Notes: generated by a model from the letters alone, not told the origin. Numbered from the stretch's first letter, positions 15,165 to 30,010 are shown. The stretch: DNA of 64,000 nucleotides from the human T2T-CHM13v2.0 reference genome, Homo sapiens (GCF_009914755.1 NC_060947.1); one strand, 5' to 3'. Numbers and translations are program-made.

Positions 15165-15530
15165 AGGGGTTTGCTAGTTACCTACCACCGAATTCATTCT
15201 CCCCTTTTTCCTAACAGGAAAGAATCTCTTGTAACTAGAGTTGGCCAATGGCATTTAGATAAAGTTGTTGAGTGGTGTTTCTGAGAACTAACTTAATAGG
15301 GAAGTATTTCTGTCTGCCTATTCCCCTATTGCAGTGTTTCAGCCTAGAATGTCAGTATGATAGCTAGAACTGCAGAAGCCATTTGGGAACAGGAAATTTG
15401 CACAGTTGATGTAATACCAGTAATCAAGTATCTTAACATTGCTCATAATATGAAAAAAAAAAAAACTTTTGCATGTTTTAGTCATTGCAATCAGTACTGT
15501 CACCGGCAACCAAACACAATTCCCAACGAC
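15165..15530 (+). mobile_element. Old MaLR LTR (MLT1-like)
   Basis: Degenerate MLT1-like text 'gatagctagaactgcagaagccatttggg' and a 3' 'caaccaaacacaattcccaac'. Approximate. Confidence 0.4.
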
Positions 15531-15714
15531 TATACTAGGACTACTACATAGTTATCATCCTGGGGTTTATTCTCATTATAATCATTAGTTTTACACTTCT
15601 TATGTCCAATATCTTCTTTTTTCATTTTATTGTGGCATAATCACAAATAATTTTTCATCTTAAAAAATAATTTATGACCAAGACCTTGCATTTTATCTTT
15701 TATTTTTCTTAGTC

Positions 15715-16900
15715 TTATTTGTCACTTTGGCTGGTATTGACGGCATTAAGATGATTATTTTGAGTTTTTCATTAGGCTGTTTAGAGATCTCCATTTCTCT
15801 AGGGTCAGTTACTGAAAATATTTTCATTTCTTTGGTGGTGTCATGTTTCACTGATTGTTTGTGATACTTGTAGCCTTGCATTGGTGTCTGCACATTTGAA
15901 AAAACATGCACCACTTCCAATATTTAAAAAATTGGCTTCAGCAGATAAAGTCTTTCAATAGTCAACCCGGTCAGAGATTCTGGGTGGGATAGCTGGCAAG
16001 ATCAGGGAAGGCAGGACCAGTGCCAGGCTCTGCATGTAGGCAGGCCTGGTGCTAGGCTGAGAATTGACTTCCAAATCCAAAATCATTGTCCTCAAAACGT
16101 TAAGATATTGTTCCATTGTCTTCTACAATCCTATGTCACTGTCTGGAAGACTTATGCTAAATGTTTTATTATTTCTTTGTAGATTTTTTACTGTTTGGTT
16201 TTGTCTCACTTTTTTTTTAGATACCTCTTGATCATCTCTAAATTCTTGGTATGATGACATCTTATGAGAATTTGCCTAGGATTTTATGTCGCTTCATCCA
16301 TCATGCTCAGAACTCAATGGGCCCTTTCAATCTGTGAAGTTTTATCTTTCTTCAACACTGGAATATATTTTTTTTAATTTCTTTGCTACTTTCTATCCTT
16401 CCCCAGCTTCTCTGTTCTTTCCGGAGCTCCCAATTAGATGACTGTTGGTTCTTATAGATTGGTTTTTAATGTCTTTTACGTTTCCTATAATATATTCTAC
16501 TTCATTTCCTGTTTTCTCTATGTTCTGAAAGATTTTGTCAAATCTTTCTCCAACTTTTATATGGAATTTAAAAAATTTTTGATAATGTATTTTTAATTGT
16601 TCTGAGCTGTTCCTTGCCTCTGATTTTTCTTTTAACCTACATGCCTACTCCTATTTTATGAATGCATGTCTTATCAAATCTTTCTGAAAAAACAAACCAG
16701 ACGTTTTTGAGTTCTCTTCTCTTCCCTGAAAAATATGTGCTTCTTATAGAATCAGATGTTTTCTTTATCTTGGTCCCTCTCATCTGTTAGTTTTCTAAAT
16801 TTCTTGATGATTGTTGGTTTTCTGCTTATAGAGTTTTGAAAGACTTGTTGGTTAATTCAGATGATAAAAATCCCCTTCGTTGTCTGCAGTCACTATTATG
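15715..16900 (-). mobile_element. Old L1M 5'/ORF1-region fragments
   Basis: ORF 15693..15920 gives 'TDPREMEISKQPNEKLKIIIL' (L1M ORF1 N-terminus-like), followed by T-rich antisense L1-like sequence. Confidence 0.6.
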
Positions 16901-17323
16901 AAAGAGTGAACTAATGCCCATTTCTATTCATGTGGGCAGACTAATTCTCCGGCAGGCAGGGAAGAGTAGATTAAACAAGGTGGTTGTTTCTACTTTCACC
17001 AACTTCCCACTGAGAACTCCAGCCCCTGCTAGAGATAACTGATTAATGTCTTTGAAGAGTATTTATCCAGGTTTACTTGAGGGCAAATGTCATTACTTAG
17101 AGAAGGAGCAAGGCAGTGAGAAGAGGGGTGATAACATGAAAGGCAGACCAAACTACACATCTTTTTGCAAGCAGCTCTTCAGTCGAAACCCTTGACTTAT
17201 ATTCCTCTTCTCACTTCCATTGTCCGTTACTACTGATTCTGGAGAACTGCACTGGGAAGAGGAGTCCCCTCATCCACTGGTACCTTCTTTCGTGAATGCT
17301 CTAAGCCAAAGTTCACTCTACTC

Positions 17324-17349
17324 AGTATATGTGCTGCCGAAGCAAGCAC
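17324..17349 (-). pseudogene. RNU6: 3'-truncated U6 snRNA retrocopy (U6 nt 1-26)
   Basis: Minus strand GTGCTTGCTTCGGCAGCACATATACT versus U6 GTGCTCGCTTCGGCAGCACATATACT (25/26). Flanked by a perfect 17-bp direct repeat aagttcactctactcag (17309-17325, 17351-17367). Confidence 0.92.
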
Positions 17350-17505
17350 GAAGTTCACTCTACTCAGAATTAGCTGTCAATATGATCCCCTGGCCTTCTC
17401 ATTCTCCCAAAATTTAACACCATCTTTGTTCACTAATTCCTCATTTCCATCTAAATGTCTACCATATTCTCATTGTCTTTCTTCAATTCTTTTTTATTTG
17501 TATTT

Positions 17506-20500
17506 TTTTCCCATAAATTATTGGGGTGCAAGTGGTATTTGGTTACATAAGTAAGTTCTTTAGTGGTGATTTGCGAGATTTTGGTGCACCCATCACCCAA
17601 GCAGTGTACACTGCACCAAATTTATTCCTTTTATTCCTCGCCCCCCTCTCACTCTTCCACCCAAGTCCCAAAAGTCCATTGTATCATTGTTAAGCCTATG
17701 CATCCTTATAGCTTAGCTCCCACATATCAGTGAGAACATACAATATTTGGTTTTCCATTCCTGAGTTACTTCACTTGGAATAATAGTCCCCAGTCTCACC
17801 CAGGTCACTGCAAATACTGTTAATTTATTCCTTTTTATGGCTGAGTAGTATTCCATTGTGTGGGTGTGTATATATATATATTCGTTTTTGACCCAATGCT
17901 CTTTTAGGAGCAGGTTACTTAATTTCCATGTATTTGCATGGTTTGGAAGGTTCCTTTTGGAGTTAATTTCCAGTTTTATTTCACTGTGGTCTGAGAGAGT
18001 GCTTGATATAATTTCAATTTTCTTAAATTTATTGAGGCTCATTTTATGGCCTATCATATGATCTATCTTGGAGAAAGTTCCTTGTACTGCTTAATAGAAT
18101 GTGTATTCTGCAGTTGTTGGATGAAATGTTCTGTAAATATCTGTTGAGTCCATTTGTTCCAAGGTATAGTTTAAATCCATTGTTTCTTTGTTGACTTTCT
18201 GTCTTGATGACATCTCTATTGCTCTCAGTAAAGTACTGAAGTCCCTCACTATTATTGTGTTGCTGTCTGTCTCATTTCTTGAGTCTATTAGTAATTGTTT
18301 CATAAATTAGGGAGCTCCGGTGTTAGGTGCATATATGTTTAGAATTATGATATTCTCCTATTGGACAAGGCCTTCTACCATTATATAATATCCCTCTGTG
18401 TCTCTTTTAACTGCTGTTGCTTTAAAGTTTGTTTTGTCTGATATAAGAATAGCTACACCTACTCACTTTTGGTGTCCATTTGCATGAAATGACTTTTTCC
18501 ACCCCTTTACTTTAAGTTTATGTGAGTTCTTATGTGTTAGGTGAGTCTCCTGAAGGTGGCAGATAGTTGGTTGGTGAGTTTTTATACATTCTACAGTTCT
18601 GTATCTTTTAAGTGGAACATTTAAGTCATTTATATTCAATTTTAGTATTGAAATGTGAGGGACCATTGCATTCATTGCTCTCTTTATTGACTGTGTACTT
18701 TGGCTTTTTGGTTTTTGTTTTTGCCTTTTAACTTGTATTTTTGTTTTATAGGTCCTGTGTGATTTAAGCTTTAAAGAGGTTCTGTTTTGATGTGTTACCA
18801 GGATTTGTTTCAAGATTTAGAGCTCCTTTTAGCAGTTCTTGTAGTGGTGGCTTGGTAGTGGCAAATTCTCTTAGCATTTGTTTGTCTGAAAAAGACTGTA
18901 TCTTTCCTTCATACATGATACTTAGTTTTGCTGGATACAAAATTCTTGGCTGATAATTGTTTTGTTTGAGGAGGCTGAAGATAGGGCCCCAATCCCTTCT
19001 AGCTTATATGGTTTCTGCTGAGAAATCTGCTGTTAATCTGATAGCTTTCTCGTTATAGGTTACCTGGTGCTTCTGTCTCACAGCTCTCTTTCCTGTCTTA
19101 ACTTTGGAAAACCTGATTACAATGTACCTAGGTGATGATCTTTTTGCAATGAATTTCCCAGGTGTTCTTTATGCTTCTCATATTTGGATGTCTAAGTATC
19201 TAGCAAGGCCAGGGAAATTTTTCTTGATTATTCCCCAAAATAAGTTTTCCAATACTGTAGAATTCTCTTCTTCCTCAGGAACACCAATTATTCTTAGGTT
19301 TAGCTGTTTAACACAGTGCCAGACTTCCTGGAGGCTTTGTTCATATTTTCTTCTTCTTTTTTGTTTGTCTGTTGAATTGGGTCAATTCAAAGACCTTGTC
19401 TTCAAGCTCTCTGAATTTCTTTCTTCTATTTGGTCAATTCTATTGCTGAGACTTTCCAGAGAATTTTGCATTTCTATAAGTGTGTCCAATGTTTCCCGAA
19501 ATTTTTATTGCTTTTTCTTTAAGCTATCTATTTCCTTGAATATTTCTCCCTTCACTTCTTGTATCATTTTTTGGATTTCCTCGCATTGGGCTTCTCCTTT
19601 CTCTGGTGCCTCCCTGATTAACTTAATAAATAACCTCCTGAATTCTTTTTCAGGCAAATCAGGGATTTCTTCTTGGTTTGAATCCATTGGTGGTGAACTA
19701 GTGTGATTTTTTGGGGGGGTGTCAAAGAGCCTTGTTTTGTCATATTACCAGGGTTGGTTTTCTGGGTCCCTCTCATTTGGGTAGGCTCCGTCAGAGGGAA
19801 GGTCTAGGGCTAAAGGCTGTTGTTCAGATTCTTTTGTCCCATGGGGTGTTCCCTTCATGTAGTACTCTCCCCCTTTTCCTATGGATGTGGCTTCCTGTGA
19901 GCCAAACTGCAATGATTGTTGTCTCTCTTCTGGGTCTAGCCATCCAGCAAGTCTCCTGACTCCGGGCTGGCACTGGGGGTTGTCTGCACAGAGTCCTGTG
20001 ATGTGAACTGTCTATGGGTCTCTCAGCCATGGATATCAGCACCTGTTCTGGTGGAGGTGGTGGGGGTGGGGAAGCAGGGAGGCGTGCAATGGACTCCGTG
20101 AGGGTTCTTAGCTTTGGTGATTTAATGCTCTACTTTTGTGCTGGTTGGCCTCCTGCCAGGAGGTGGTGCTTTCCAGAGAGCATCAGCTGTGGTAGTATGG
20201 AGAGGGACCGGCAATGTGTGGGGCCCTAAAACTCCTAAGATTATATGCCCTTTGCCTTCTGCTACTAGGGTGGGTAGGAAAGGACCATCTGGTGGGGACA
20301 GAACTAGATGTGTCTGAGCTCAAAGTCTGCTTGGGTGGGTCTTGCTGTGGCTGCTGTGGGCGTGAGGGGTGGGGTGGTGAGATTCCCAGGTCATTGGAGT
20401 TGTATACCTAGGAGGATTATGGCTGCCTCTGCTGAGTCATGCAGGTTGTCAGGGAAGTGGGGGAAAGCCTACAGTCACAGCCCTCACCCAGCTCCCATGC

Positions 20501-21223
20501 AGACTGAAGAGCCAGTCTCACTCCCACCATGCCCCTCCCTCCCCGCCAACACTCCCAAGCCTGTTTCCCGGCAGTGGGTAAGCCAAGCTTGAAAACTTGC
20601 CCAGGCTACCTGACTCCCACTTGCGAAAGAAAAGTGCTTGGTTCCCCAACCTGTGGAGTCTACACACTGGATTCACACTCTGCCCTGAGTTCTGGCCAGG
20701 AGGCTTCTCTCCCCATTCAAATTGTTAAGCGGTTCAGCTAGAGATTTCCTTCTCCCTATGGAGTTTTACCCCAGACTCCTCTGGCCACCCTCCAGATGGA
20801 TGGATCCCTGTGGTGCCAGGCAGGAATGGCCTACTTGGGGGCCCAGTGAGCTCCAAGAGCCTTTCTGCTGCTACTTCTACCCCTGTATTTCACTTGGCTA
20901 ACTAAGTTGGCTCAGCTCCCAGCAAGTTCAGAAACTTCTCTCACAAATAGACCTTCATTTTCTCCAGCGGGGGTGTGTGTTTGGGGAAGGAGGCTCTCCA
21001 TTTCCCACTTCTGCATTTGGGGCACTCACCGTATTTGAGATGTCTCCCAGGTCCTGCAGGAGCTGTCTGCTTCCTTCAAAGCGTCTATGGGTCCTTTCAG
21101 GACTGTTGGTTTTTTCTTGCAGTCAATCTGGAGCTAAAATTCACGATGTGAGCCTCCACACGCTGCTCTGTCCAGAGCTGCAGTCTAGTCCTGCCTCCCA
21201 TCTGCCATGGTAATCCTCCCCTC
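17506..21223 (-). mobile_element. L1PB-family LINE with intact 5'UTR and ORF1 region and an internal ORF2 deletion
   Basis: L1PB-type 3' end at ~17510, ORF2 endonuclease remnants (MVPHISIL; TAEYTFY), ORF1 remnants (NQEEIPDLPEKEFRR) and a 5'UTR to 21223. 14-bp TSD ttttatttgtattt (17492-17505, 21224-21237). Confidence 0.9.
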
Positions 21224-21335
21224 TTTTATTTGTATTTAATGTCATTTCAATGGGTTTAGGAAAGGAGAGAGGAGGTAAAATGTCTTCCATCTCCAATAAG
21301 AAGGCACAGATATCTGCTTTTAAGAATATTTGTGG

Positions 21336-21648
<313 letters not shown>

Positions 21649-24600
21649 TTATATTCATGTTTTATGCCCAATTACATAATCTATTGTCTTCAAATATATC
21701 AGAAAACATATTTAAATAATGAACCTAGTAATTCTATTAATCAAAATCAAGTGTTTCCTGAAGCTTTTTTATTGTAGTAGATTTTGGCAATATTTATTAA
21801 TAATTTCAAGATTTGTATAAATCTTTGTATAATACAACACATTTTATGCTTTATTTCATATCATTTAAATGTTTCGTTCTCACAACAGCATTTTCAAATA
21901 GCTTTCCAAGAGTAACCAACACATTCTCTACATAGCAGCCTACGCGACATCTCTAAAATAGCAGGAAAAGCTAAAAATCAGACCAAACACTAAAATTCAC
22001 AAGAGACATTTTTCCTAACATTTACCTCATTAACTCTAAAATTTATTGAAGAATAAATCAATCTGGAAGCTTCAGTGAATAGTTTTAAAAGCTGCTGCTC
22101 TGAGCACATTAATTGGTAAGGTTAAGCCTCTGAACTGAAATGTCAAAATGAAAAAAGGAATTTTTAAGATGTAACAACTATATACTTGGCAAGAGAGGAA
22201 ACAGGTTTTCCCTGTTTTCTGTTTCCAAAATTTAGGACTCTAGGAAGACAAAGGAGTGAAACTAGCCCATTTTTTTCACTCTTAAAATGATGAATTCTCT
22301 CAAATAACAGGTAGTTTTTATAAGTCCCTGGTTGAATTCAATGAAACAGCTGCCCCTGTGTATCTTTATGATGCCATGTATACCACCTTTACCTTGAGTG
22401 ATGACTCCAAAACCTTGTATAGGTTAATGTTAGTTCTTGGCCTAAAAGCCAATTATCTGGAGAACGATGCTTTAACAATGTGCATATTAAGAAGGAAGCA
22501 AGACATTGAATCCCACAAATCATGAGAAATTATTGAAATATGACTTGACTTTAATGTGTTTGGTGGAGGAAGAAAGATGGATCTTTGAAAATGTCATAGT
22601 TCAGGTGAGTATAGTTAAATTCTTAGAATAGTAAGAGTGACTCTGAACCACTTGAAAGTGCAGGGAAATAGCTGAAATATGAACATCTCAAAGAGTAATT
22701 TCAAGAATATTTTAAGTGTGCTGCAAGCATTCTATTCTTATCTATCAAAGGAGGAGGGAACCTAAAAATTAGCGACACCAACCTTTACTGCAAGCAGTTT
22801 TAATCACTTTCATTTATATCTCAACATGATGTTTCCTCGCTCTGGGTGACAGTTTTAAAATTTTAACATATCAGTATACCTACAGGAAGAGGATATTGTT
22901 TTCAGTCATCTTATTTCCCATAAATGTGTAGCAATTACCAGTAAAGTGAATTAATTCATCATACTGTTATATTGAATTAAGTAGACACTATAGAAGAACT
23001 ACAAATCTATTTCCATTATTGAAAGAAAATCTAAGGTTATCTGATATACTCCAGTCATATTCTATTTGGGGGTGTATTGAGTAATACCTAGTGAGACAGC
23101 AATTATTCTTGACGGTAATGACAAAAACACTTCCAATATTCATTAAAGATAACAAATGCATAGACATATATGGCATGTAGAAAATTTCCTGCTAAAAATT
23201 ATTATAGCACCATAAATCACCCACCATGTAAATAAAGTTGATGGGGAAAAGCAAAGGAGAATTTAATCCACCTAGACAAGTACAGCTCTGTGAAAGAAGG
23301 CACTGAGGATTTAACATCAGATCTCAAGGAGAGAAAAGGGTTTCATTTCTAGAATCACATTCTCCATTCATTGAAGATGAAACAAAATGTAATGTTTTGA
23401 AATATAAAAAGAAATTTAGGTGAAATGTAATCCTGTTTTATTGTTATTTACTAAGCCCTTCGTAGAAAAGAGAAGGTGACCTATCTTCAAGGTGCTTTGT
23501 AGCACTTAAGTGCAGAAGAACAGAACAAAGCACCCTTGCTTGACACATTTAAATAACAAAAGTATGTGTGTTTGCCCAACATTAAAAAATTGTCAGGAGA
23601 TTATACAGTTAGCTGGGCATAAAGAGATGGATGGAACTTACATTAGTGGAGAGAAAGAGAATGAGCAGTCCAGGTAGAATGAACATAAAACTATGAGAAA
23701 ATGGAGAAATGTAGGATTGATGCCAATCTAAATGAGGATTTTTGTTGGGATGCAATGGAAGTCATGATATAGTAAAACTCTCTGTAATTTCTAAGGATAT
23801 ATATTGTGTATTAAGACATTTTCATACATATAATCTCATTTTATCTTCATACTATATTTATGCTTTCTTGTTAGATGAGGAGAGTATATTTCAGAAAAAA
23901 ATAATTATGACTGAGGCCTCATGTTTAGGGGGTGACAAATTGAAGACTCCAACTTATTTTTCTCTAGTAAGATATGACACTATGAGGAAGGTTTTAAAGC
24001 TAGAGAGAGGAATAATTTAATCTGCATAATCATGGATGTCTTGTCACAAATACAAAATAATGATGTAGGGAAACAAAGATCTTACTGATATCAGTGATTG
24101 CATCTCATCTTTGCTGGAAATATTTAACCATTAGCCAGTTTTCTTAAATTAATTAACCTTTGGAAGCCATATTATTGGAAAATTAAACTTTTTGAAATCA
24201 AAACTTGTTATCTTTTTTCTGAAATCTTACCCTTCCAATTGAATTCAGTTCAACTTAATCCATAATACCACTATCTGGTTGGTCATTCAGATACACATAG
24301 TCACATTCTATATTCTCTTTCCTACACCCAACACACGTATTCCATTATGGAATATTCTTGTCTCTCATATAATAGGTCACACATATCTCTTTTTCTTCAG
24401 ACCTGCAGCTATTATAATAGTCTAGGCTCTCACAAATATTTTCTCAGAATATTAGACTGAAAGTAAAAAAAAAAAAAGAAGTAGGGAACAGTATATCTTT
24501 TCATCAGCTGTTACATAAACAGTGGGAAGAAAATCTTCCTTACAGAGTAATTAAATTGTCTAGTTGCTATTGTGTGTTATATTAAATAATAGTACCATTA

Positions 24601-24659
24601 ATAATAGAATTCTACAACTCAATATGACTTTTAAATTTATAATGGAAAAATAATTATGG

Positions 24660-24850
24660 TGGTTTGGTCGTTAAGAAAACAGTTCTGTAGTCAAACAGAC
24701 CTGTTATAAAGTTTTGACAGTGTCATTTACTAGCTATATGATCTTGGGCAAGTTACTTATCTTTTCTGAAACTCACCTTCATCGTGAATAAAATTAAAGT
24801 ATTAATATTTTATATGGTGCACTTCTAGATAGATCAACTGAGATACTGAA
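24660..24850 (+). mobile_element. MIR SINE
   Basis: 'tcatttactagctatatgatcttgggcaagttacttatcttttctgaa'. Confidence 0.65.
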
Positions 24851-25149
24851 GGTAAACCATCCACCCTAATATTAGGTTAACTTTTCACAGCAAACACAGA
24901 AGATGACTTCTTACAAAACTATGAAATAAGCTGCTTATTATCATCATATCAGTTTGAAAGAGGAAGAACGAAAAAGTTACAGATACGTAGTGTCCTCAAA
25001 AAACTCATTTTGAAAGCATTCAATAATGGGATAGAAGAAAAAGCAGTCTTTTGAGTAAAAACCCTAAGATGTCTGAATGGGAAAAAGGGTATAAATTGTA
25101 AAGAGCTGTATGTAAAGTAGCATTTATCATTTATTTGAGAATGGCAAAC

Positions 25150-25350
25150 CTCATTGAACATTTACTGTATGTCAGGTATTGTTTTAAGTAAACTACATGC
25201 ATATCTCATTCAATCCTCTCAGTAACCTTACAGGTTTGGGACTATTAGTTTCCCATTTTCTTTGGATGGGAAACTGAGGTTCAGAAACTTTGAGTAATTT
25301 TGGCCATCCCACTCATCTATTAAGTGATAGAGGTAGACTTGAACACAGGT
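25150..25350 (-). mobile_element. MIR SINE
   Basis: 'attgaacatttactgtatgtcagg...cccattttc...gggaaactgaggttcaga'. Confidence 0.7.
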
Positions 25351-26583
25351 TTCTCTTCACTATTAACGACTAACAAACAAAGACTGAAGTGTTTGTACAC
25401 CAGTGTGTTGTCATATGCCTGAACATAAATCTTACACACAGAATTGTTTTTTTCAAAATTTCCTCTGCTTGCTGTGACAAATAATCCAAATTAAGAATAT
25501 ACTAATAAACAGTGGCTATAAACATTTAGGAAGAAGCCCTTCAAAGAATTTGTTTATATCCAAAGTGCCCCGAAAAAAGTTGTTGATATCCAAAGTGTCT
25601 TCATACAAGAAGTCAAATATCCTTAAATCAAAAAATGTTGATCACTTAATTGTTTCTAAAAACATGGATAAAAGACAACCTAATAAGATGTTGGCCACAT
25701 ACTACACCTAGAAGCTTAGACAAACACACTCAAATAGAGAAACATTTGTTCAAATGTAATTGCTTCACCCAGAGGCAAAACCACGAATTAAGGTGTCATT
25801 TCTCATTCTCCAAAATGTTATTAATGTTTTCAAAGAGTTCTCCAAATGCAGGGTTCCACCCCTCATGCTAATGCTATAAATTTAGAGACCCACACAAAGA
25901 TGTATACCCGTCATTGTCTCTAAATGCCCTTCATATTTTGACAAAGAACCTTAATTAAGATGTTACACCCATTCAATTATTCCCCTGCACTTGGAGAGTG
26001 AACATGGAATAAATAGTTGTTTTTTCTTCAAATTTCTGTCCTGTATGGCTTTCTTAAAAAGTTGTTTCTGTGTTAACTGTTCTTGCATGCTTGGACAAAA
26101 AGCCCAAAGATGAGGTGTTATTTACCAACAAAAGTCCCTGATAGCTTGGATAAATAATCTCATTTAAAGTAGTGTATGCCCTGTCAATGTCACTATGAAT
26201 AATTACAAGTAAGGAAGACGGGGCAATTTGTTCCCTAATTGTACCTATACACATGACGTAACGTGAAAACTCTAAGTGAGGACTTAGTTTTCTCAGACTC
26301 TTTGTATAAATTGATAAAACAACCACAGATAAAACTGACATCGTCACCATGTTAGCTCAATGCTTAAATATGGAGCTGTGTGTTCCAATTATTTGGTCAT
26401 AGTCTCCCTCAAACAGAAAGTAAGGCCATATTTTTCCCCAGAATATCCTTGCTTAAATGGTAAAACACCATAAATAAGGTAAATATTAGTAAATCTTTAG
26501 CCAGTTAATTCCAAATAGGGAGTTATCTGTTCACAATTAGTACTTACCAACATATAGCAACAATTTCAAATAAAGAAATGTTA

Positions 26584-27199
<616 letters not shown>

Positions 27200-28549
27200 T
27201 GTTAGTCCTCAAAATATCACCATACACATATCAAGGAGATGCTGAATGATAAATATTTTATTTCCTAAATTTACCTGAAAATACAGGCAAAGAGGCTTAA
27301 GAGTTGTTAGCTTCTGGATTGCTTATAAATTCTGGATTAGCAAAGCCCCAGTTAGGATTTATTCATTTCCAAATTGTCCCTTAACATGTAGAAATGTATT
27401 ACCTCAAAAGGCTTTTCTTGAGAGGAAGAAGCCTTTAAACTGTTCTGTGTTCTAGGGCAATGAGCCCTAAGTAAGAAGCTATTTGTCCTGCAAGATCTCT
27501 GTATTTAATAGAAAACTACCAAAGAATTCATTTTCTACAAAACAAGACAGTAAGTGCCAAAGTAAAAGACACATATATCCAAACTAACCCTATACTTGGT
27601 TGACAAATATCTACTTATTTGTTTTTCCTGTCCATATAAATTCTTCTTTGCTGTCCATAGTAAGATTTGTTTTTTTTTTCTTCAGGCAAAAATGCCACTT
27701 TTCTTCACAGTTGCAAGGCAAACAAGGCATCTATAGAGCCTATTTCAATCCTCTGAAGTAAGATGGTTGCTCCAGAAACTAGGGGTGGATGATCAAGACA
27801 AAATTCGCCATCAGTAGATTGTCATTAGTATAAATCCTCCTTGCTTGATTAATATAATTTCTCTGAGTCTCTTGAGAAACAAAAGCCTGACTTTTCAGTT
27901 CCCCTCAAATTGATGTCATATAATCTACCTCTATAATATGTATGATAAATAAATCAATCTCTATACCTGAATCAAGAGTCATCCTGGTTAATATAACATC
28001 CACCATCAACTGATTTAAATTGCCTGCCTCCAAAACTCCCACTCCCATGAGCAAAGCAATTCCAAACTAAGAGAAATATGCATAATTTCTTTAAGATAAT
28101 GTACAGGTGCAAGTAGATTGGAGGAAGGACAACATTCAAAGCAAAGTCCCTCCTAGGAAATAAGTGGAGGAAAATCCTACAAAAGAATACTAACACCCCC
28201 CAAATTCTGACGGGTAGGTACTGGGGCCAAATGTAAGATGAAGGACAGTCATTGCAGGATAAACCCTAAATCTATAAACATCTCAGAAAGGGTGCATTCA
28301 CTGGTGTTGAGAAAAACGAACCACCAAAGCTCACACACATCTTAGAATCTGTATAAGTGGTATCATAAGTAAAGCTGGACACACTTTCATGGCTGTTCAT
28401 TAACAGGTCAAAGTTTCAAGGGTATAAAGGTGTGAAAAAGGCTGAAATCAGATTAAATTAAGAAATTTTTTTAAGAAAAGGAAAATCATAATGTTGTATG
28501 GCTTCCTTTACTTTCGGTTACCTTTCCTATAAAATGCAAAGCCCGGTAA

Positions 28550-28693
28550 CAAATTTTAGCTCTTTCACTCGCTAGTTCTGTGACTTGGGCAAGTAACTAA
28601 ACTTTTCTATGCCTCAGTCTCTCCTCACCTGTAAAATTGGGATAATTGCAGTTCCTATGTCATGGAGTTGCTATGAAAATTCAATAAATATTT
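28550..28693 (+). mobile_element. MIR SINE (target of the L1MA insertion)
   Basis: 'ctgtgacttgggcaagtaactaaacttttctatgcctcagtctctcctcacctgtaaaattgggataat'. Confidence 0.8.
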
Positions 28694-29636
28694 AAAACCT
28701 TGCAGATATGGATGGAGAGAGACAGAGCAAAATAGCAGAATAGAAAACTCCATTCATCAACTCCCCACAAGGACACCAATTTAACAACTATCTACATGGA
28801 AAAAATAACTTCATAAGAACCAAAAATCAGGTGAGCCCTCATAATATCTGGTTTTATCTTTGTATTACTGAAAGAAGCACTGAAGAGATAGAAAACACAG
28901 TTTTGAATTGCTGATGCTACCCCTCCTTCACCCCTGGACAGCAGCAGCATGCTGGAGAGAGCATCTCTCGGTGCTGGGGGAGGGAGAGCACAGCAACTGT
29001 GAGGCACTGAACTCAGTACTGTCCTGTTAGAACAGAAAGGAAAACCAGACCAAATTCAGCTGATGCCCACCCAGGAGGTAGCATTTAAACCAGCCCTAGC
29101 CAGAGGTCAGTCACCAATCCCAACAGTCTTTACTTGAGGGCTATAGCATTCTGTGTCTCCAAGTAAATCTAAAATGCACTCTAGGTCATAAAGAATGCAA
29201 CTCTTAGGCAAGTCTTAGTTCTGAACTGGGCCCAGAAACACTGGACTGGAGGGGAGGTGACATACTGAGACACCAACTGGGTTACACAAGGGAGTGCTGG
29301 CATCACCCCTCCACTAAACCTAAGCTGCATAGCTCATAGCTTTAAAAGAGACTCATTCCTTCCACTTTATGAAAGGAGAGGGAAGAGTGAGGATGACTTG
29401 GCCTTGCATCTTGGATACCAGCTCAGCCACAGCAGGATAGGGCACTGGTGAGAGTTATGAGTCCCTTATTCCAGGCCCTAGCTCCCAGATGACATTTTTA
29501 GGCACAACCTGGGCTAGAAGGGAATGCACTGCCTTGAAGGAAAGGACCTAGTCTTGGTGGCATTCATCACCTGCTAACTGAAGAGCCCTTAGGCCATGAA
29601 TAACCAGCAGCTATACTCAGGTACCACATGGAGGTC

Positions 29637-30010
29637 TGATATGGTTTGGCTGTGTCCCCACCCAAATCTCAGCTTGAATTGTAGCTCCCATAATCCCCAC
29701 ATGTCATGGAAGGGACCTAGTGGGAGGTAATTGAATTATGGGAGCAGGTTTTCCCATGCTATTCTCATGATAGTGAATAAGTCTCATGAAATCTGATGGT
29801 TTTATAAAGGGCAGTTCCCCTGCACATGCTGTCTTGCCTTCTGCCATGTAAGACATGCCTTTACTCCTCCTTCACCTTCTACCATGATGGTGAGGCCTCC
29901 CCAGCCATGTGCAACTGTGAGTCCATTAAACCTTTTTTTTTTTTTAATTTATTTACAAACTACCCAGCCTCGGGTATTTCTTCATAGCAGTATGAAAATG
30001 GACTAATACA
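29637..30010 (+). mobile_element. THE1C/D solo LTR (ERVL-MaLR)
   Basis: TGATATGGTTTGGCTGTGTCCCCACCCAAATCTC...GGACTAATACA. Perfect 5-bp TSD aggtc (29632-29636, 30011-30015). Confidence 0.95.

Noticed and set aside
17309-17367. Repeat-spacer-repeat resembling a minimal CRISPR unit
   Set aside because: The DNA is eukaryotic, the spacer is U6 snRNA and the repeats are a TSD.
19104-19706. 200-aa plus-strand ORF
   Set aside because: It is the antisense frame of L1PB ORF1, a common artefact.
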